Source of the DNA: an uncultured Acidobacteriota bacterium
GTDB taxonomy: Bacteria; Acidobacteriota; Thermoanaerobaculia; Multivoradales; SZUA-115
Direction: 5' to 3'
DNA: 64,000 bases
NCBI GenBank assembly: GCA_963805975.1
Contig: CAWDVR010000001.1
Coordinates: 608,001-672,000, forward strand
Below are positions 39,208-49,752 of the stretch, one piece after another. Position 1 is the stretch's first letter. Every line of letters begins with the position of its first letter. A model generated the notes under the pieces. The model did not search any database and was not told the DNA's origin. It was given only the letters and a program-made list of their open reading frames with translations. A program made the translations under genes and the position numbers.

Positions 39208-39480
39208 ATGACCAAGACGATCGCCCTCGAAGACCTGGAGCACGAGCTGAGGGGCGTTCTCGACGACATTGCCTCCGATCACACGGCCTACGTCGTGACG
39301 CGTGGTGACCGCCCCGCGGCGGCGCTCGTCTCCTATGGCGAGTTCCGGAAGCTCGCCGAGCTGGAAGAGACGAGAGTGCTCGCCCAGTTCGATGCGCTGA
39401 TGGCCAGGATGGAGCGCCGGAATACCGGCATCTCCGAGGACGAGATCGCGAGCGACGTGGCGGTCGAGACCGCGCGCTGA
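39208..39480 (+). CDS. Phd/YefM-family antitoxin
   Basis: VLDDI...YVVTRGDRPAAALVSY; directly upstream of a PIN gene. Confidence 0.8.
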   Translation: MTKTIALEDLEHELRGVLDDIASDHTAYVVTRGDRPAAALVSYGEFRKLAELEETRVLAQFDALMARMERRNTGISEDEIASDVAVETAR

Positions 39481-39481
39481 C

Positions 39482-39901
39482 GCCGCAGCGGTTGTCGACA
39501 CCAACATCCTGGTCCGCGCGCTCATCAAGCCTCAAGGCACCGTCGGTCCTGTTCTGAGTCGTCTCAGGAACCGCGAGTACGTCGCCCTCTACTCGGCTCA
39601 GATCCTGGAGGAGCTCGTGGACGTACTCAACCGGCCTCGCCTCCGAGCCAAGTACGGCCTGAGACCCGAGGACGCGGCGGCTGTCCTCAAGCTGATCCTG
39701 CTGCGCGGCGCGGAAGTACGGCCGACGCGGCGAATCACTGTCTGCCGAGATCCCAAGGACGACAAGTTTCTCGAGGTGGCTGTCGCCGGGCGTGCCGACG
39801 CCATCGTCAGCGGCGATCTCGATCTCCTGGTGCTGAGCCCGTTCGAAGGGATTCCTATCCTCGAGCCGGCAGAGTTTCTGGCTCGGTTGGCGGAGTCCTG
39901 A
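39482..39901 (+). CDS. PIN-domain toxin (TIGR00305-like); no canonical start before the first motif
   Basis: AVVDTNILVRAL...ILEEL...CRDPKDDKFLEVA...IVSGDLDLL; first in-frame GTG only at 39617. Confidence 0.8.
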   Translation, partial: AAAVVDTNILVRALIKPQGTVGPVLSRLRNREYVALYSAQILEELVDVLNRPRLRAKYGLRPEDAAAVLKLILLRGAEVRPTRRITVCRDPKDDKFLEVAVAGRADAIVSGDLDLLVLSPFEGIPILEPAEFLARLAES

Positions 39902-39978
39902 AACAGTTGCCCCCCTCTCCTCGTTAGGCAGGGAGGAGCCGGCGTCGGGCCGGCCCATGGACCGACAGGAGACGCCCC

Positions 39979-42444
39979 GTGGCAGCCCTTGGCAAAGAGA
40001 TCCGGCAGACCTGGCGGCGGCTGGCCCGCGCGCCGCTCTTCACCACCGTCGCGGTCCTCACCCTGGCGATCGGCATCGGCGCCAACACCGCCGTCTTCAG
40101 CGTGATCAACGGCGTGCTCCTGAAGCCGCTGCCGTTCCCCGAGCCCGACCGGCTGGTCGGCGTCTGGCACAAGGCCCCGGGCATGGGCATCGAAGCCCTC
40201 AATCAGGGTCCGGCCCTGTACTACACCTACCGTGAGGAGAACCGCGCCTTCAGCGAGAGTGGCCTCTGGAACGGCGACCGCGTGGCGGTGACCGGGTTGG
40301 AAAAGCCGGAGCAGTTGCGGGTGGTGCGGGTGACCGACGGCGTGCTGCCGCTGCTCGGGGTCACGCCGCAGCTCGGCCGGCTCTTCTCGGCCGAGGACGA
40401 CTCTCCGGAGAGCCCCGAGACCGTGATCCTCGCTCACGGATACTGGAAGAGCCGCTTCGGAGGCGAGCCTGGCATTCTCGGCAAGAGCCTGACGATCGAC
40501 GGCAAGCCGCACGAGGTGATCGGCGTGATGCGGCCCGAGCTGGTGTTCCTGGACCGCGACCCCAGCCTCTATCTGCCCTATCGCCTGGACCGCTCCAAGG
40601 TCTTCTTCGGCAACTTCAGCCACCGGGGCATCGCACGCCTGGCGCCGGGGGCCACGCTCGAGCAGGCCAACGCCGAAGTGGCGAGGCTGATCCCGATCGC
40701 CGTGGAGCGCTACCCCATGCCGCCGGGCTTCAACAAAGGCATGATCGAGGATGCGAAGCTCGGCCCCAACGTGCGGCCGCTGAAGATCGACGTGATCGGC
40801 AACATCCACCAGGCGCTGTGGGTGATCTTCGGCACCGTCGGCCTGGTGCTCCTGGTGGCCTGCGCCAACGTCGCCAACCTCTTCCTGGTGCGCGCCGAGA
40901 GCCGCCAGCACGAGCTGGCCGTGAGGAGCGCCCTGGGGGCGAGCCGCGGCCAGGTGGCGCGGGATCTCCTGGGCGAGAGCCTGTGGCTCGGCCTCCTGGG
41001 GGGCGTCGCCGGTCTCGGCCTCGCCTGGCTCGGGATCGAGCTCCTGGTGGCCCTCGGCCCCGAAGCGCTGCCGCGGCTGAACGAGATCACGATCGATCCC
41101 TTGGTGCTCGCCTTCACCCTCGGGATCTCGATTTTCACCGCCCTGCTCTTCGGCGCGGTGGCGGCGCTCAAGCTGGGCGGCGCCAGCCTGGTCGACTCGA
41201 TGAAGGACGAGGGCCGCGGGGCGAGTGCGGGGGCGGGGCGGCGCCGGGCGCGGAACCTGCTGGTCGTGTCCCAGATCTCGCTCGCCCTGGTGCTGCTGGT
41301 CGGCTCGGGCCTCCTGTTGCGCAGCTTCCAGGCCCTGAACCGCGTCCATCCCGGCTTCGAGAAGCCGGAGGACGTGCTGACCTTCCGGCTCTCGATCCCG
41401 AGCGCCGAGGTCGAGGGCGCCGCCCAGGTGGCGCAGACTTACGAGACCCTCGCCCAGCGCCTGGCCCAGGTCCCCGGCGTCAGCTCGGTCGGCCTGTCGT
41501 CCTCGATCACCATGGACGGCTGGGACAGCAACGACCCGATCTTCGTCGAGGAGCGGCCCACCGCCAGCGACGAGCTGCCGCCGATGCGGCGCATGAAGTG
41601 GATCGGGCCTGGTTACTTCGAGACCATGCAGAACCCGCTGCTCGCCGGCCGCGCCATCACCTGGGCCGACATCCACACCCAGGCACCGGTGGCGGTGGTG
41701 ACCGAGAGCTTGGCCAAGGCCTACTGGCCGGACCCGCGACAGGCCCTGGGCAAGCGGCTGCGCGGCAGCCCGACGGGCATCTGGCGGGAGATCGTCGGCG
41801 TCGCCGCCGACGTGCGCGACGACGGCGTGGACCGGGCGCCGACCGCGATCGTCTACTGGCCGATGCGGATGGAGAAGTGGTGGGAGGCCGACGACTACGT
41901 GGAGCGCTCCATGGCGATCGCGCTGCGCAGCTCGCGGGCCGGCTCGCCGGAGCTCCTGACCGAGGTGCAGCAGGCGGTGTGGGCGGTCAACGGCAACCTG
42001 CCGCTCGCCAACGTGCGCACGCTCGAGGAGATCCTCGAGAGTTCGATGGCCCGCACCTCGTTCACCGTGGTGATGCTGGCGATCGCCTCCTTGACCGCGC
42101 TGCTCCTCGGCGCGGTGGGCACCTACGGCGTCACCTCCTACGCCGCGGCCCAGCGCCGGCGGGAGATCGGCGTGCGCATGGCGCTCGGCGCCGGGCGCGA
42201 GGACGTGACCCGCCTGGTTCTGCGCCACGGCCTGTCGCTGGCGGCCATCGGCGTGGTGGTGGGCCTCGCCGCCGCCGCCGGCTTCACGCGGCTGCTGTCG
42301 AAGCTCCTCTTCGGCGTCAGCCCGCTCGACCCCATGACCTACGCCGGGGTCGCGCTGGGAGTGGTGGTGGTGGCGTTGCTCGCGAGCTACGCGCCGGCCC
42401 GGAGGGCGGCGTCGATCGACCCCGTGGAGACGCTCAAGGCGTAG
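39979..42444 (+). CDS. ADOP-type duplicated ABC permease
   Basis: TLAIGIGANTAVFSVINGVLLKPLP, LVACANVANL, ELAVRSALGA, REIGVRMALGA, PARRAASIDP. Confidence 0.93.
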   Translation: MAALGKEIRQTWRRLARAPLFTTVAVLTLAIGIGANTAVFSVINGVLLKPLPFPEPDRLVGVWHKAPGMGIEALNQGPALYYTYREENRAFSESGLWNGDRVAVTGLEKPEQLRVVRVTDGVLPLLGVTPQLGRLFSAEDDSPESPETVILAHGYWKSRFGGEPGILGKSLTIDGKPHEVIGVMRPELVFLDRDPSLYLPYRLDRSKVFFGNFSHRGIARLAPGATLEQANAEVARLIPIAVERYPMPPGFNKGMIEDAKLGPNVRPLKIDVIGNIHQALWVIFGTVGLVLLVACANVANLFLVRAESRQHELAVRSALGASRGQVARDLLGESLWLGLLGGVAGLGLAWLGIELLVALGPEALPRLNEITIDPLVLAFTLGISIFTALLFGAVAALKLGGASLVDSMKDEGRGASAGAGRRRARNLLVVSQISLALVLLVGSGLLLRSFQALNRVHPGFEKPEDVLTFRLSIPSAEVEGAAQVAQTYETLAQRLAQVPGVSSVGLSSSITMDGWDSNDPIFVEERPTASDELPPMRRMKWIGPGYFETMQNPLLAGRAITWADIHTQAPVAVVTESLAKAYWPDPRQALGKRLRGSPTGIWREIVGVAADVRDDGVDRAPTAIVYWPMRMEKWWEADDYVERSMAIALRSSRAGSPELLTEVQQAVWAVNGNLPLANVRTLEEILESSMARTSFTVVMLAIASLTALLLGAVGTYGVTSYAAAQRRREIGVRMALGAGREDVTRLVLRHGLSLAAIGVVVGLAAAAGFTRLLSKLLFGVSPLDPMTYAGVALGVVVVALLASYAPARRAASIDPVETLKA

Positions 42445-42449
42445 CCGCC

Positions 42450-42818
42450 ATGGATGCCCACGAGCTCGGCGTCATCCTGAAGCGGTTCGAGGCGCCCGAC
42501 GAGACGCGCGTCCTCCAGAAGGGGAAGTTCGAGCTGGTCCGGCTCGGCGGCATGACCATCGGCCGCGCCACCTACGAGCCGGGATGGCGCTGGAGCGAGC
42601 ACGTCGGCCCCGGCGTGGGGGCCACCCGCTGCTCGGTCGAGCACGTCGGCATGGTGCTCTCCGGCGCGGCCACGGCCGCCTTCGACGACGGACGGGTGTT
42701 CGAGCTGCGCGCGGGGGAGCTGTTCTACATCCCGCCGGTGCCGCACGATAGCTGGGTCCTGGGCGACGAGCCCTACGTGTCGCTGCACTTCCTCGGCGCC
42801 GACCACTACGCCAAGTAG
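42450..42818 (+). CDS. Small cupin-domain protein
   Basis: EPGWRWSEH, C..EH.G.VLSG, AGELFYIPPVPHDSWV. Confidence 0.85.
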   Translation: MDAHELGVILKRFEAPDETRVLQKGKFELVRLGGMTIGRATYEPGWRWSEHVGPGVGATRCSVEHVGMVLSGAATAAFDDGRVFELRAGELFYIPPVPHDSWVLGDEPYVSLHFLGADHYAK

Positions 42819-42857
42819 TGGTTCGCCGTGTGGTCCACTGGTGATTCTCACTCTCGC

Positions 42858-43688
42858 CTAGAGTGCGTCACGATCTGCAGTCTCCGACTGCTCTCCCCAC
42901 GCGAATAGCTGAATGCACAGTGAGATCATGTAGCTGATCTGCTTCCGACGAGCAAGGATTGCGTACCGGAACGCAGCCAGCAAAATAAGAAGCGAGGCGG
43001 CGATCAGCATCCATTTGGCTAGCGGGGACATGCCCCCTTTTAAGGTGAGAGTCACGGGGATGCAGAGGATGCTCGCTGCCGCATAGCCAAACGCGAGCAC
43101 GACCTCTGCTTGCAAAGCGTCTATCTCGCGACGCTCCTGGGTAAGTTGGTGGGCGTAGATTACATGCCAAAGTAGGTCAGCGTTGCCCTCACGAGAAAGC
43201 AGCGTAATCGTCTTCTCAAACGATGCCGCTTCATCATGGGTCAGCTTCGGGCCCCTATCCTTCCCGATGTTGGCAATGGACACGAACTGCAGAAACTCGA
43301 GGAGCATTGCTTTGTGAGCCTGGAGGGTCGCTCTAAAAAGCGCGCCTACAGGAAAAACCAGGATTGCCATTGACGACCAGCCCCATCCTCTGGACCTCGG
43401 AAGCCTAAGAAGAGTAGCTGCTGCGGGCAGCCGTCCGAGGAAGCCGAGAAGGCCGGAGAACAAGCAGAGAAGCAGCTCTAAAGAAGTCGATCCGACGACC
43501 GAGACAAACACAATAGCCAAAAGTACCAGGAAGGTATTTACTTCTTGCCCGAGTAGGACTGGCGTAAAACGCTTCATCTGCTGCAACGCCGACTCCCCGT
43601 AGAGCAGGAGGTATAGCTCAATCACGACCACTAGGCCGAGCATGTATTTATGCAGGTATCGCCACGCTCGTATGATGTCCAAGTTCAT
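42858..43688 (-). CDS. Hypothetical membrane protein in a lower-GC islet
   Basis: MNLDIIRAW...; several hydrophobic segments; AT-richer than the flanks; no family recognised. Confidence 0.6.
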   Translation of the reverse strand: MNLDIIRAWRYLHKYMLGLVVVIELYLLLYGESALQQMKRFTPVLLGQEVNTFLVLLAIVFVSVVGSTSLELLLCLFSGLLGFLGRLPAAATLLRLPRSRGWGWSSMAILVFPVGALFRATLQAHKAMLLEFLQFVSIANIGKDRGPKLTHDEAASFEKTITLLSREGNADLLWHVIYAHQLTQERREIDALQAEVVLAFGYAAASILCIPVTLTLKGGMSPLAKWMLIAASLLILLAAFRYAILARRKQISYMISLCIQLFAWGEQSETADRDAL

Positions 43689-43949
43689 CGGTTGTCTCTG
43701 TGACTCAGAGCTGAGAGAAGGTTGGGCGCCTCTTGCCACTTCGGCTTGGTCGGAAGACGCAATTCCCCACCAGTGAAGCAGCTCCCGCTAAAATTATAGC
43801 TGTGGCTCTGAAGCTTCTCCTTAGAAAAGGCTCGCAGGTTTTCAAGTTGAGAAGATAAGCCAAAGCATCCGCCGGTGCTCGGCTCGCTATGAGAGGTAGC
43901 TCAACCGTGCCGTAGATTCCGCCAGGTGGGCGAGGGCGCAATCACTCGC

Positions 43950-44420
43950 TCAGTACTCGACCTTGTCCGGCTTCGCGGCCCACTCTCGGAAGCCGGACTG
44001 GGCTTCGTCGCGCAGCAGCGGGCGCATCTCGAGGCGGCGGCCCGCGATCGGCAGCGGGATCTCGCGGTAGATGAAGTCGTCGTCGAAGCCGATGGCGGCG
44101 GCGTCCTCGCGAGTGTTGGCGAAGTAGAGGCGCGGGATGCGCGCCCAGTAGACCGCCGCCAGGCACATGGGGCAGGGCTCACAGCTCGTGTAGAGCTCGC
44201 AGTCCGACAGCTCGAAAGTACCCAGCGCCCGGCAGGCCTCGCGGATGGCCACGATCTCGGCGTGGGCCGTGGGGTCGTTCGTCGAGGTCACGCGGTTGCT
44301 GCCGCGGCCCACGATCTCGCCGCCGCGCACCACCACGCAGCCGAAAGGCCCGCCGTCGCCGGAGCGCAGGCCCTCCTCCGCCAGCCGGATCGCCTCGCGC
44401 ATGAACCGCTCGTCGCTCAT
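43950..44420 (-). CDS. guaD: Guanine deaminase (CDA-fold)
   Basis: GGPFG, NDPTAHAEIVAIR, SCEPCPMC, GFDDDFIY; next to uricase. Confidence 0.9.
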   Translation of the reverse strand: MSDERFMREAIRLAEEGLRSGDGGPFGCVVVRGGEIVGRGSNRVTSTNDPTAHAEIVAIREACRALGTFELSDCELYTSCEPCPMCLAAVYWARIPRLYFANTREDAAAIGFDDDFIYREIPLPIAGRRLEMRPLLRDEAQSGFREWAAKPDKVEY

Positions 44421-44422
44421 CG

Positions 44423-45283
44423 TCAGCTCCGGCTGAGCGTGGCCTCGATCAGGCCGTAGGGCTCGTCGGTAGGCACGAAGGAGACGCCGGTCGAGTCGAG
44501 GCCGAACGGGCCCAGGTTGGCGGGGAGGTAGTGCTTGTTGGGGAGCGCCAAGCTCACCTCGCGGATCTCCGGGCAGGCCTGGAGCGCGGCGCCCGCCATC
44601 TCGTAGAGCGTGGTCTGCACCGAAGGGCTGAAGCTCCGGGCGAAGACCCCGAGCATGGCGTCGAGCACTGTGGCGTTGGCGGCTTCGAAGCTCGCGGGGT
44701 ACGCCTGCCAGCGCCAGCGGGCCCGGACCTCGGTCGAGAGGATGCGGTCGTCCGTCTCGGGCAGCGTGGTGTAGGCGTCCCGCGGAAAACCGGCGAAGCC
44801 CGAACCGGTCGACTTGAGCACCAGCAGCTCTTCGATGCCCGAGTCGAGCGCCACCTCGCCGCCGCGTGCCTCCACGGCACGCGCCACCGGCCGCCCGTGG
44901 CTGCCCGTGAAAGCGTGCTCGTGTGGCTTCCCTTCCACCTCGAGCCGGCGCCAGGCGCGCTCACCGGCGTCGACGGTCACGCGCGCCACCTGCGGGTAGC
45001 TGTCCAGGAAATGGCGGGCGAGGAGCAGCAGGAAGGGCTCGGTCTCACGGCCGAGATGCCGGTGGGCCAGCACCTGCACGGTGTTCTTCACGGTGTCCGT
45101 GGCCACCACCTTGCCGTTGTCGCCCGAGGTGTAGGATGATTCGAAGTCACCTTCGAGCCGCACGCCGACCTCGAGCTCCTTCACCTCATGGCCCTGCGAT
45201 CCCACGCCCGGCGGCGTCCGCAGCACCTTCAGCACGCGGACGCGCTGCTTGCCATAGCTGTGGGCCACGAGGTTCATCCGCAT
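44423..45283 (-). CDS. pucL: Urate oxidase (uricase)
   Basis: YGKQRV, VATDTVKNTV, LKSTGSGF, TTLPETDDRILST, SPSVQ, PNKHY, PYGLI. Confidence 0.93.
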   Translation of the reverse strand: MRMNLVAHSYGKQRVRVLKVLRTPPGVGSQGHEVKELEVGVRLEGDFESSYTSGDNGKVVATDTVKNTVQVLAHRHLGRETEPFLLLLARHFLDSYPQVARVTVDAGERAWRRLEVEGKPHEHAFTGSHGRPVARAVEARGGEVALDSGIEELLVLKSTGSGFAGFPRDAYTTLPETDDRILSTEVRARWRWQAYPASFEAANATVLDAMLGVFARSFSPSVQTTLYEMAGAALQACPEIREVSLALPNKHYLPANLGPFGLDSTGVSFVPTDEPYGLIEATLSRS

Positions 45284-45303
45284 CGATCCCCTACGAGAAA
45301 ATC

Positions 45304-46893
<1,590 letters not shown>

Positions 46894-46899
46894 GCGATA

Positions 46900-47461
46900 G
46901 TGCGGATCCCCGACCTCAACACCTGCGACCGCGAAGACGTTCGTCGGCGCCCTCGGCCATCTCTTCGAACATTCGCCCTGGGTGGCCGAGGCCGCCTTCG
47001 AGCGCCGGCCGTTCCGCGACGCCCGCCACCTGCACGAGGAGCTGTGCGGCGCGATGTACGATGCAGCCGCGGAGGAGCAGCTCGAATTGCTCCGAGCTCA
47101 TCCGGATCTCGGCGGGAGGCTGGCACGGCAGAGCGCGCTCACGGCTGACTCGGCGCGCGAGCAGGCGAGCGCCGGTCTCGACATGCTGTCGAGCGCAACG
47201 CTCGCCGAGCTCGGCAGCTTAGGCTCCGTCTACCGCGAGCGCTTCGGCTTTCCGTTCATTCTCTGCGCCCGGCTCAACAACTTGGAGACGATCCTCGCCG
47301 CGCTCCGCTCGCGGCTCGGGAACACGCCCGAGGAGGAGCAGGCCACGGCGCTCGCCGAGATCGAGAAGATCGCCTGGCTCAGGCTCCAGGACACCTTGAC
47401 CCAGGACAAGCTAACCCAGGACAAGCCAACCCAGGGACAAGCCAACGGAGTGACGCGATGA
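46900..47461 (+). CDS. uraD: OHCU decarboxylase; frameshift near 46935
   Basis: After removing 1 nt: LN...[17 protein letters not shown]; [29 protein letters not shown]. Confidence 0.88.
47399..47444 (+). repeat. 15-bp tandem repeat x3 at the uraD 3' end
   Basis: acccaggacaagcta / acccaggacaagcca / acccagggacaagcca. Confidence 0.8.
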
Positions 47462-47799
47462 CCGGAAAGCTCTCCACACACGTCCTGGACCTCACCCGCG
47501 GCGGCCCTGCCGCCGGGATGAGGATCGAGCTGTGGCGGCTGGACACCGCGCCCGTCCTGGTCAAGGCCGTTGCCACCAACGCCGACGGCCGCACCGACGA
47601 GCCCATGCTCGGCCCGGCGGAGATCACAGCCGGCGCTTACGAGCTGGTGTTCTTCGTCCGGGACTACTTCACGGCCCGCGGCATCGACTCGCCGTTCCTC
47701 GACCGCGTTCCCGTGCGCTTCGAGCTGGCGGCGAATGGCACGTACCACGTGCCACTGCTGGTCACACCGTGGGCGTACAGCACGTACCGGGGGAGCTGA
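47458..47799 (+). CDS. uraH: 5-hydroxyisourate hydrolase
   Basis: LSTHVLD, TNADGR, YHVPLL, C-terminal YRGS. Confidence 0.96.
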   Translation: MTGKLSTHVLDLTRGGPAAGMRIELWRLDTAPVLVKAVATNADGRTDEPMLGPAEITAGAYELVFFVRDYFTARGIDSPFLDRVPVRFELAANGTYHVPLLVTPWAYSTYRGS

Positions 47800-47818
47800 G
47801 GGGCGAGGGCTCCCACTC

Positions 47819-47855
47819 TTGACGCAGGCCCTGGATGCGCATAAGATATGCGCAT
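47819..47855 (+). promoter_or_regulatory. Sigma70-type promoter of ccdAB with two palindromic operators
   Basis: TTGACG (47819) - 17 bp - TAAGAT (47842); ATGCGCAT at 47835-47842 and 47848-47855. Confidence 0.75.
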
Positions 47856-47873
47856 TAGCTCGGGAGGCCTCGG

Positions 47874-48119
47874 ATGTTGCCGCTCTACGAACAGCGCGCT
47901 GCCAAGAAACCCACCAACCTCAGCCTCAACAGCGATCTGCTCCGCCAAGCCCGTGACTTGGATATCAACCTCTCTTCGGTTCTGGAAGAGGCGCTGGAAG
48001 TAGTCGTCAGGCGCCGACTCGGCGAGCAATGGCTGGCCGAGAACCAGAAGGCCATCGCTGCCTACAACGAGCACGTCGAAACGCATGGCCTGTGGAGCGA
48101 CGGCCTCCGGACGTTCTGA
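47874..48119 (+). CDS. ccdA: CcdA antitoxin
   Basis: KKPTNLSLNSDLL, INLS, WLAENQKAIAAYN, ends RTF. Confidence 0.92.
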   Translation: MLPLYEQRAAKKPTNLSLNSDLLRQARDLDINLSSVLEEALEVVVRRRLGEQWLAENQKAIAAYNEHVETHGLWSDGLRTF

Positions 48120-48436
48120 TGCCGCAGTTCACGGTCTACCGCAACAAGAGCGCGCAATCCAGAGGGGGAATTCCTTTTCTGCTCGACGTGCAGAACGACC
48201 TGCTGAGCGACCTCAAGACTCGCGTAGTGATTCCTCTCTACTCGAAGACCTTGCTCGGCACCAAGCCGATCACCAGACTGGTGCCCGAGGTCCAGGTCGA
48301 GGGTAAGAAGCTCGTCCTGATGACGCCTCAACTCGCCGGCGTCGCGGTCAAGGATCTCGGTGAGCCGGTGGCGAGCCTCGTTGAGCGCCGGGCGGACATC
48401 GTCGCTGCGCTGGATCTGCTGATCACGGGGTTTTGA
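48119..48436 (+). CDS. ccdB: CcdB toxin
   Basis: MPQFTVYRN, PFLLDVQNDLL, TRVVIPL, ALDLLITGF. Confidence 0.92.
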   Translation: MPQFTVYRNKSAQSRGGIPFLLDVQNDLLSDLKTRVVIPLYSKTLLGTKPITRLVPEVQVEGKKLVLMTPQLAGVAVKDLGEPVASLVERRADIVAALDLLITGF

Positions 48437-48492
48437 CGCTTCGCTCGCAGCCGCCACCGACCTCGGCTGGGTGCCTGGTAGGCTTCGGGCCC

Positions 48493-49752
48493 ATGTCGCC
48501 GCCACGGGTTCGCGCTAGCTCACTCGCCTCCCGCCTCGACGAGCTGGGCCGGGTCTCCGAGGAGCCCGGCCGGCTGACCCGTACATTCCTCTCGCCGGCC
48601 ATGCGCCGGGTCCACGAGCGGGTCGGTGGCTGGATGGCGGAGGCGGGCCTCGCGGTGCGCGAGGACGCGGTGGGCAACCTGATCGGCCGGCTCGAGTCCC
48701 CGTGGCGCGGTGCCAAGACCCTGCTCCTGGGCTCGCACCTGGACACGGTGCGCGACGCCGGGCGCTTCGACGGCGCGCTCGGCGTGCTGCTGCCGATCGC
48801 CGCCGTGGAGGAGCTTCGCCGCCGCGGCCGGGTGCTGCCGTTCCATGTCGAGGTGCTGGGGTTCTCCGAAGAAGAGGGCGTGCGCTTCGCCAGCGCCTAC
48901 CTCGGGAGCAAGGGCTACACGGGCGCGTTGCGGGCCGCGGACCTGAAGCTCGCGGACGGCGACGGCGTCACCGTGCGCCAGGCGCTCGAAGCGCACGCTT
49001 TGGCGGTTGGAGGGGGCGCTCCCTTCCGCCGCCCCAGGGCCGCGCACCGCTCGCGGGACCTCCTGGGCTACCTCGAGGTCCACATCGAGCAGGGGCCGGT
49101 GCTCGAAGCCGAAGGCCTGGCCGTGGGTGTGGTCTCGGCGATCGCCGGACAGAGCCGCGTGAAGCTCACGTGGACGGGCAAGGCCGGCCATGCCGGCACC
49201 ACGCCGATGCACCTGCGCCGTGACGCCCTGGCCGGCGCCGCGGAGCTGGTGCTGGCGGCCGAGGAGCTGGCGCGAGGATCCGCTCCGCTGGTGGCCACCG
49301 TCGGCGCGCTGTCGGTGGCACCCGGCGCCGGCAACGTCATCCCCGGCGAGGTAACCCACACTCTCGACGTGCGCCATCCGCAGGATCGCGCCCATGCCGC
49401 CGCGCTCGCATGCCTGCATCGCACGGCGGAGCGGATCGCCCGCCGCCGCAGGCTCGGTCTCGACTGGCTCCTCACCCAGGACCACGGCGCAGTGGCCTGC
49501 TCGAAGGCGCTCGCCGCGCTGCTCGACGAGAGCGTGCGCCAGGTACAGGGCAAGAGCCTCACGCTCGCGAGCGGCGCCGGCCACGACGCGGTGATCCTCT
49601 CGCGGCTCGCGCCGGTCGCCATGCTCTTCGTGCGCTGCCGCGACGGGCTCTCGCACCACCCGGACGAGCACGCCTCGCCCGCGGACCTCGCGACGGCGCT
49701 CGCGGTCACGGTGGACTTCCTGGAGCGCCTGGCGGCCCGGGTCGAGGCATGA
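48493..49752 (+). CDS. allC: Allantoate amidohydrolase (M20 family)
   Basis: GSHLDTV, GRFDGALG, EEEGVRF, EVHIEQGP, GHAGT, SGAGHDA, SHHPDE. Confidence 0.9.
   Translation: MSPPRVRASSLASRLDELGRVSEEPGRLTRTFLSPAMRRVHERVGGWMAEAGLAVREDAVGNLIGRLESPWRGAKTLLLGSHLDTVRDAGRFDGALGVLLPIAAVEELRRRGRVLPFHVEVLGFSEEEGVRFASAYLGSKGYTGALRAADLKLADGDGVTVRQALEAHALAVGGGAPFRRPRAAHRSRDLLGYLEVHIEQGPVLEAEGLAVGVVSAIAGQSRVKLTWTGKAGHAGTTPMHLRRDALAGAAELVLAAEELARGSAPLVATVGALSVAPGAGNVIPGEVTHTLDVRHPQDRAHAAALACLHRTAERIARRRRLGLDWLLTQDHGAVACSKALAALLDESVRQVQGKSLTLASGAGHDAVILSRLAPVAMLFVRCRDGLSHHPDEHASPADLATALAVTVDFLERLAARVEA

Noticed and set aside
43950-44420. tRNA adenosine deaminase TadA
   Set aside because: The GGPFG and GFDD..IY motifs and the position next to uricase favour guanine deaminase.
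47399-47444. uraD 15-bp repeat as a functional element
   Set aside because: It lies in the non-conserved tail after the catalytic domain and is probably neutral slippage. The extra G in copy 3 may be a sequencing error.
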